Part shown: in pieces, positions 57,942-64,000 of the stretch
How positions within the stretch are numbered: the stretch's first letter is position 1
Layout: every line of letters starts with the position of its first letter
Assembly (NCBI GenBank): GCA_965247115.1
Contig: CBDFGR010000002.1
Coordinates: 1-64,000 of the forward strand
Reading direction: 5' to 3'
Source: Myxococcota bacterium
GTDB lineage: Bacteria; Myxococcota_A; UBA9160; SZUA-336
Length of the DNA stretch: 64,000 bases
Notes under the pieces: model-generated
Told to the model about the DNA's origin: nothing
The model's database searches: none
Seen by the model: only the letters and a program-made list of their open reading frames with translations
Program-made: the position numbers and the translations under genes

Positions 57942-58766
57942 CTAGGCCTGGATCCCCCAGTTGATCCCGTTGCGGAGGAGGGTCTGGAAGCCCTCGGTAT
58001 CCCAGGAGCCGCGGAACGTGCCCGGACTCTTCTCGTCGGGGGAGACGCTGGCGTCCACGAAGGGCTGGCCGCCCGTGGACGGCGAGTGGCAGTGACCCAG
58101 GGCGAAGTACGTCACGCCCCCCTGGCCGACGTCCTTGGTGTAGCCCAGGACCCGCGTCTTCCCGTCTGGGAGCAGCGCGGCGGTGTGGTCGTACTCCACC
58201 CACGAGAACGTCGACGGGGTCGGGTCCTTAGGAAGCTCGGTAGTGAGCAGGAAGTGATGCTTCGACTCGGGGTCGAGCTCCAGGAAGTAGAGCTCATCCA
58301 TGACCTCGAAGGACTCGGGGAGGCCGCGGGTGAGCGGGTGCGAGCGATCCGCGACGTCGACGCGGAACTTGCACAGCGGCGGGTGGTGGATGAAGAGGGC
58401 GCCAAGGGTCTCGTGGTGGCTCCCCTTCTCCATCTTCCGGCCCCCACCGGGGAGTCGCGCAGCCTTTCCGCCGGAGCTGCCGTGCAGGGCGAGCCAGCGA
58501 CCGCCACCCTCGAGCCAGCTCCGGACGAACTCGTTCTGCGCGTCGTTCAGGTAGGGTCCGGCCACGTAGGTGACGAGGAACTGTCGATCGGTCAGCCACT
58601 GCTCGATCGCGCTGAAGTCGTTCGCGACGGTTGCGTGGACCTCTTGCCTCTCCTGCAGGAGCTGGAGCAGACGCAGGCGCGCGTAGTCCATGTCGTGTCC
58701 GGCGGTCTGGCCCGCCGGGAAACCCCCGGTGACCACGTGGACTCGGACGGGTTCGGAATGGCTCAT
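57942..58766 (-). CDS. ThuA-like domain protein
   Basis: GGRWLALHG, HPL..GLPE.F...DELY, ALGH. Confidence 0.8.
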   Translation of the reverse strand: MSHSEPVRVHVVTGGFPAGQTAGHDMDYARLRLLQLLQERQEVHATVANDFSAIEQWLTDRQFLVTYVAGPYLNDAQNEFVRSWLEGGGRWLALHGSSGGKAARLPGGGRKMEKGSHHETLGALFIHHPPLCKFRVDVADRSHPLTRGLPESFEVMDELYFLELDPESKHHFLLTTELPKDPTPSTFSWVEYDHTAALLPDGKTRVLGYTKDVGQGGVTYFALGHCHSPSTGGQPFVDASVSPDEKSPGTFRGSWDTEGFQTLLRNGINWGIQA

Positions 58767-58850
58767 CGGACGCTCCTTCTCGCAGGTCGACGTGCGAGCA
58801 TCCCACGATCGCGCCTCGTCGTCTAGGGAAGGCGACAGGCGCCGCGGGAC

Positions 58851-60398
58851 TCAGCAGGTCGGCCAGTACGTCAGGGGGCGGGCCTCCGGGGGCGACACTG
58901 GGCGGTTGGCGAGCAGGCCGAGATCTTCGGCGAGGATGCGGCGGGTGTCGGCCGGGTCGATCATCTCGTCGATTCGCATGGTTCCAGCCGCCTCATAGGG
59001 AGAGGTGGCCTCGGCGACCTGCTGAACCAGACGCGCGCGCTCTTCTTCGCGCTTGTCCTCGTCGGCGATCTCCGCTAGCTGACGCGAGTAAGCCACGTTG
59101 ACACCCACGTCGGGATCCATGAAACCGATCTCCGCGCCAGGCCAGCTGTATACGCCCTGGTTGCGCGCGTTTGATCCATTCATCGCGGGCCAGGCCAGTC
59201 CAAAGGCCTTGCGGATGCAAACGGTCAGGGTCGGGGTGGTCGCCGCTTGGAGCGCCTGCATCATCCGCATGCCCCAATGCAGTATCCGGTCGTGCTCGAC
59301 GCGACGGCCGACCATGAAACCGGGCACGTCGACCAGGAATACGATCGGGATGTTGAATGCATCGCACACCACCATCAGGCGGATAATTTTCTGACACGCC
59401 GCCGGGTCGAGCACCCCGGCCTGGTACGTCGGGTTGTTCGCCACCAGGCCGATCGACCAACCATCCAGCCTTCCGAGGGCACACACGATGTTCCGCGCAT
59501 ACGCGGGCTGGAGCTCGAACACAGAGTCGGGATCGCAAAGACGCGCGACCACCTTGCGCATGTCGTAGCCGCGCTGTCTTCTCTCGGGAACCAACGCTGG
59601 AAGCTCTGGATCCGGGTCGAGGGTGCCTGTCGGCTCCGCTCGCGGCGCTGGTTGCCGATTGTTGTCAGGTAGATACGAGAGCCAGCGCCGGATCGCCTGG
59701 TAAGCCTCGTCGTCCGTGTCCACTCCGAGGTCGATCTGGCCGGTCTTGAGGGCGTGCACGTCGACTCCGCCCACGTCCTCGAACGAGATGATCTCGCCGG
59801 TCGTGGGTTCGAACACGCGGGGCGACGTCACGGCCAGGCAGGAACCGCGCACCATCACGACGTAGTCGGATAGGGCCGAGAGGAAGGAGGAGCCTCCGAA
59901 GGACTGGCCGATGATCGCCGTGGCCATCGGAACGCGATGAAAGCGATCGGCCATGCTGAAGCCCGCGGCGGCGTCGGAGATGCCCGCGGAGCCGATCAGG
60001 TCGGGAATTCGGCCGCCTCCGGTCTCGCCGAAGTGCACGACGGGCGTCCCCATCGCAAGGGCCCGGTCGATCAGACGCTGTTCCTTGCGGGTGCCGATGA
60101 TCGAGCTCGACCCTCGCAGGACGGTAATGTCGTCGCCGAAAACCGTCACCGGGCGACCGTCCACGGTTCCGTGCCCCCCGACCTTCCCATCGCAGGGAGT
60201 CCGGTCGCGATCCTCGATTCGCATCGAGCGCGTGAAGGTGCCGAGCTCCCGGAACGATCCGGCGTCGAGGAACGCATCGAAGTGATCGCGGATGGTCCGC
60301 TTGCCCGCCGCGTGCATGCGGGCCACTTTCTCCTGTCCCCCCATCTCCCTGCGGATCTTCTCCGCCCGCGCGTGCAGATCAGAAACCGGATCGCTCAT
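58851..60398 (-). CDS. Stand-alone acyl-CoA carboxyltransferase/decarboxylase subunit
   Basis: MGG.EKV..H..GK, GGGRIPD, LVDVPGF.VG, IDPADTR. Confidence 0.88.
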   Translation of the reverse strand: MSDPVSDLHARAEKIRREMGGQEKVARMHAAGKRTIRDHFDAFLDAGSFRELGTFTRSMRIEDRDRTPCDGKVGGHGTVDGRPVTVFGDDITVLRGSSSIIGTRKEQRLIDRALAMGTPVVHFGETGGGRIPDLIGSAGISDAAAGFSMADRFHRVPMATAIIGQSFGGSSFLSALSDYVVMVRGSCLAVTSPRVFEPTTGEIISFEDVGGVDVHALKTGQIDLGVDTDDEAYQAIRRWLSYLPDNNRQPAPRAEPTGTLDPDPELPALVPERRQRGYDMRKVVARLCDPDSVFELQPAYARNIVCALGRLDGWSIGLVANNPTYQAGVLDPAACQKIIRLMVVCDAFNIPIVFLVDVPGFMVGRRVEHDRILHWGMRMMQALQAATTPTLTVCIRKAFGLAWPAMNGSNARNQGVYSWPGAEIGFMDPDVGVNVAYSRQLAEIADEDKREEERARLVQQVAEATSPYEAAGTMRIDEMIDPADTRRILAEDLGLLANRPVSPPEARPLTYWPTC

Positions 60399-60529
60399 TG
60401 AGATCCTCCAGCAGCCGAGGAGCGCATCAAGGCGCTCCTCCCGACAGAGCTCGACCGCGCCGCATTGCCGCTCGGCGGGTCGATCCGCCCTGGGCTCTCG
60501 CGTACGTCGCTCGCGCTCGTCGATCGGGC

Positions 60530-60988
60530 TTAGTCTTTGGGCTCCAAGACCACGACCGGGATCTCGCGGGCGCCAGCGGCTTTCTGATAATCGACGAACG
60601 GCGGATACATCTCAGCCATCTGCGCCCAGATTCGCTCCCGCTCGGCCCCGGTCGTTACCCGCGCCGCGGCCTCGAACTCATCGTTCGCGACCTTGATCTT
60701 CACGTTGCCTTGGGACGTCAGGTTGTGAAACCAGCCGGGATGCTTGGGATGGCCACCCTTCGACGCGATGATTGTGTAGCCGCCTTCCACCTTGCCGTAG
60801 AGCAGGGGCATGATGCTCTGCTTGCCCGACTTGCGCCCGGTCGTGAAAAGCAGAAGCGTCGGCAGAGGGCCAGGGCCGCCCCCGACCGTCGAATCCCAGA
60901 GGTGCGCGGCTTCGCCATCCTCGAGGTAGAGCTTGCGGTGTTGTGCGATCCAACCGCTCTTGCTGGCTTCGATGATCGGGTCACTCAT
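60530..60988 (-). CDS. Deazaflavin (F420)-dependent nitroreductase/quinone reductase family (DDN)
   Basis: TTGRKSG, ASKGG..HP.W..NL, YQ....REIPVVVL. Confidence 0.9.
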   Translation of the reverse strand: MSDPIIEASKSGWIAQHRKLYLEDGEAAHLWDSTVGGGPGPLPTLLLFTTGRKSGKQSIMPLLYGKVEGGYTIIASKGGHPKHPGWFHNLTSQGNVKIKVANDEFEAAARVTTGAERERIWAQMAEMYPPFVDYQKAAGAREIPVVVLEPKD

Positions 60989-61133
60989 TGTTCGAGACTC
61001 CTATGGTGCTAACAGGGTGATAGCCAGTGCGATACTGATGCTGCTTGCGAGATTATAGACTAGGGAGACCACCGTGGCGGCGGCTCTGGAATCAGCCGCT
61101 GAGATCGCTGCCAGTTTCGCGTATAACGTGACG

Positions 61134-62621
61134 ATGAGACGGATCCACCACCACATCGGCGGGCAGGCCGCGCCGGGCCGCTCCGGCCGCACCGGACCGG
61201 TCTTCGACCCGGCCACGGGCGAGCAGCAGGCCGTCGTCGACTTCGCGAATGCCGACGACGTCGACGCGGCGGTCGCCGCGGCCCGAGACGCATTCCCGGC
61301 CTGGCGCGAGGCTTCCCTCTCCGCCCGCGCCCAGATCCTCTTCCGGTTTCGGGCGCGCCTCGAGGAGCATCGCGACAAGCTCGCGCGGGCCATCACTGCC
61401 GAGCACGGCAAGGTGCTCTCAGATGCGGCCGGAGAGGTCGCTCGCGGACTCGAGAACGTCGAGTTCGCCTGCGGCGTGCCGAACCTGATGAAGGGCGGCT
61501 TCAGCGAGCAGGTGGCTGGCGGCGTGGACGTCTACTCGATCCGCCAGCCCCTGGGAATCACTGCCGGCATCACTCCCTTCAACTTCCCCGTGATGGTGCC
61601 GCTCTGGATGCTCTCGAACGCCATCGCCTGCGGTAACAGTTTCGTGCTGAAGCCGTCGGAGAAGGACCCCAGCGCCGCCCTGATCCTCGCGGATCTTCTC
61701 GCGGAGTCCGGCCTTCCTCCCGGCGTCTTCAACGTCGTCCACGGAGACAAGCTGGCCGTGGACCGGATCGTCGAGCACCCGGACGTCGCGGCCCTGAGCT
61801 TCGTCGGCTCCACACCGGTCGCCCGCCACGTGTACGAGGCCGGGACCCGTCACGGCAAGCGGGTGCAGGCGCTCGGCGGGGCGAAAAACCACATGGTCGT
61901 GCTGCCCGATGCCGATATCGAGATGGCGGCGGACGCAGCCGTGAGCGCCGCCTACGGATCGGCGGGCGAGCGCTGCATGGCGATCTCGGCGGTCGTCGCC
62001 GTCGGCGATGTCGCGGACGCGCTCGTCGAGGCCATTCGGGCTCGGATCGAGAAGCTCCGGATCGGCCCGGGAGCCGACCCGGACTCCGAGATGGGACCGC
62101 TGATCACCCGAGAGCACCGCGACAGGGTCGCCGGCTATCTCGACATCGCCCAGAGCGAAGGCGCCGCCGTTGTGACCGACGGACGGAACCGGGAGTTCGA
62201 AGGAGACGGCTACTTCCTCGGCGCGTCGCTGCTCGATCGGGTGCAGCCGCAGATGCAGGTGTACCGCGACGAGATCTTCGGGCCCGTGCTCTCCGTCGTC
62301 CGGGCGGAGGGGTACGAGGACGCCGTCGCCCTCGTGAACGAAAACGAGTACGGAAACGGGTGCGCCGTCTTCACCCGCGATGGTGGAGCTGCGCGACGCT
62401 TCCAGTTCGAGGTTGATTGCGGGATGGTCGGCATCAACGTCCCCATTCCGGTGCCCGTCGCCTACTACTCGTTCGGCGGATGGAAGGCCTCGCTGTTCGG
62501 CGATACGCACATGTACGGGCCGGATGGGGTCCATTTCTACACGCGGTCGAAGGTCGTCACGAGCCGCTGGCCGGACCCAGCCACCAGCCGGGTCGATCTG
62601 GGCTTTCCCCGTGTCCGATGA
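61134..62621 (+). CDS. mmsA: CoA-acylating methylmalonate-semialdehyde dehydrogenase
   Basis: ITPFNFP, KPSEKDP, FVGST, GGAKNH, GERCMA, EIFGP. Confidence 0.92.
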   Translation: MRRIHHHIGGQAAPGRSGRTGPVFDPATGEQQAVVDFANADDVDAAVAAARDAFPAWREASLSARAQILFRFRARLEEHRDKLARAITAEHGKVLSDAAGEVARGLENVEFACGVPNLMKGGFSEQVAGGVDVYSIRQPLGITAGITPFNFPVMVPLWMLSNAIACGNSFVLKPSEKDPSAALILADLLAESGLPPGVFNVVHGDKLAVDRIVEHPDVAALSFVGSTPVARHVYEAGTRHGKRVQALGGAKNHMVVLPDADIEMAADAAVSAAYGSAGERCMAISAVVAVGDVADALVEAIRARIEKLRIGPGADPDSEMGPLITREHRDRVAGYLDIAQSEGAAVVTDGRNREFEGDGYFLGASLLDRVQPQMQVYRDEIFGPVLSVVRAEGYEDAVALVNENEYGNGCAVFTRDGGAARRFQFEVDCGMVGINVPIPVPVAYYSFGGWKASLFGDTHMYGPDGVHFYTRSKVVTSRWPDPATSRVDLGFPRVR

Positions 62622-62728
62622 GTAGCTTGAGTTGAGCACGTACGATCCCACTACCTTCCGAGCGCGCACGTCTTTCGACCGCATGGGCATGGGCGTGAGC
62701 TGCGGTAGGTAACAAGTAGGAGGGCACG

Positions 62729-63370
62729 GTGGAGCTATACGATGCCATGAGCACACTGCGCGCGGTGCGTCGCCTACGGCCCGACCCGATCCCGGAGGAA
62801 GTGCTGGATCGGGTGTTCACCGCCGCAACCTGGGCGCCGACGGGTGGCAACGTGCAGCCCTGGCGGATCATCGCGGTCAGAGATGCAGCCAAGAAACAGG
62901 CGTTGGAGGATTTGTACCGACCCCGCTGGCAGGGTTACGTTCCAAGCTACCGCCAGCGCATGGCATCAATGCCACCGCAGCAGCAGGCGAAATCGGAACG
63001 CACCCTCGCCGCCGGCGACTATCTGTCCGAGCACATGCACGAAGCACCGGTGCTTGCCGTGTTCTGCTACAACCCGCACATCATGGCGATCACCGATGAG
63101 GATCAGTCCAGGCCGAGCGTCGTCGGTGGCGGATCGGTGTACCCGTCGGTGCAGAACCTGCTGCTCGCATGTCGCAGCGAAGGCCTCGGCTGCGTGCTCA
63201 CGACGCTCTTGTGCATGGACGAACCGGCCGTGAAAGTGCTCTTGGAGATGCCCGACGATTGGTACACGTGCGCCCACGTGCCGATCGGCTACCCGGTGGG
63301 CGGCGGACACGGCCGTATTGCCCGGCGGCCGAAGGAGAAGATGGTCTTTGACGACCGGTGGGAGCGATAG
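62729..63370 (+). CDS. Nitroreductase family protein
   Basis: RAVRR, APTGGN.QPW, QNLLLA.R..GLG, PIGYP. Confidence 0.9.
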   Translation: MELYDAMSTLRAVRRLRPDPIPEEVLDRVFTAATWAPTGGNVQPWRIIAVRDAAKKQALEDLYRPRWQGYVPSYRQRMASMPPQQQAKSERTLAAGDYLSEHMHEAPVLAVFCYNPHIMAITDEDQSRPSVVGGGSVYPSVQNLLLACRSEGLGCVLTTLLCMDEPAVKVLLEMPDDWYTCAHVPIGYPVGGGHGRIARRPKEKMVFDDRWER

Positions 63371-63458
63371 AACCCACTGGTGGCTGGGTGACGCCGCAGC
63401 ACCGGTAGAGTGTGACTGCCTTCGTTCGGGCAATGCCGGTTAGAGAATCGGAGGGGCT

Positions 63459-64000
63459 ATGTCCGGGTACAAGGATCGTGATCTGGGAATGCACCGGGAT
63501 ATCACCCGACGTGACTTCGTCAGTGGCGTTGGGGTTGCTGTCGGGGGGTCGCTCATCGCACCTCGATTGCTCTCCGCTCGCGAAGGTGCATCCACTGCGC
63601 CCAGGATGCAGGAATACTATCCACCGGCCCGCACTGGAATGCGCGGAAGTCACGCCGGTTCGTTCGAGGTTGCCCATGCGCTCCGCGATGGGAACACCTG
63701 GACCGATGCCGCCAACACGGGTGAGCACTACGATCTCGTCGTGGTCGGAGGAGGGCTAAGCGGGCTCTCGGCGGCCTACTTTTTCTTGACCTCGGCCGGC
63801 CCCGGCGCACGTGTGCTGGTCATAGAAAATCACGATGACTTCGGCGGCCACGCCAAGCGCAATGAGCTGACTTATCGAGGCCGTACGCTGATGCTGAACG
63901 GCGGCACGTCGTACCTCGAGTCCGTGCGCCAATACAGTACCGTCTCCAGGACGCTCCTCGCCGCGATCGGCATCGATGTGGAAAACGCGATTCCCACCAG
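63459..64000 (+). CDS. Tat-exported FAD-dependent oxidoreductase (spermidine-dehydrogenase-like), partial
   Basis: ITRRDF Tat motif, YPP..TGMRGSH, YDLVVVGGGLSGL, ENHDDFGGHAKRNE; open to the window end. Confidence 0.85.
   Translation, partial: MSGYKDRDLGMHRDITRRDFVSGVGVAVGGSLIAPRLLSAREGASTAPRMQEYYPPARTGMRGSHAGSFEVAHALRDGNTWTDAANTGEHYDLVVVGGGLSGLSAAYFFLTSAGPGARVLVIENHDDFGGHAKRNELTYRGRTLMLNGGTSYLESVRQYSTVSRTLLAAIGIDVENAIPT

Overview
The window has two halves. Left (1 to ~33914) is a decaying integrated element whose right end is marked by a 3' half of tRNA-Met(CAT) at 33871-33914, an att-like duplication. From left to right it carries: (i) a co-oriented minus-strand defence cassette (HTH_17 regulator, SNF2 helicase with a degenerate PLD-like domain, DUF4391-like protein, Type III Mod, Type III Res, AlbA/Schlafen regulator, TM0106-type RecB-like nuclease); (ii) a translationally coupled four-gene amidoligase / DUF5049-like / class-II glutamine amidotransferase / gamma-glutamylcyclotransferase module; (iii) a contractile-tail baseplate, spike and fibre block (gpD-like, M15 peptidase, holin-like, gpV, PAAR, gp25, J, I, DUF4815-like) with no head, sheath or tube genes, in which a bipartite motif CCGACA-N14-CCGGTAAGTAAC occurs twice, each time upstream of a gene; (iv) a mosaic of a truncated secreted nuclease, transporters, a Rid protein and an SPFH gene. 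Many genes in this half have frameshifts, nonsense codons or internal deletions. Right (~34500-64000) is high-GC chromosomal DNA with mostly intact genes: acyl-CoA catabolism (atu/liu-like carboxylase cluster, paired acyl-CoA dehydrogenases, CoA transferase, MMSDH), LLM and DDN oxidoreductases, and a large adenylate/guanylate cyclase. No CRISPR array or rRNA was seen. All product calls come from motif recognition by eye; no database search was run.
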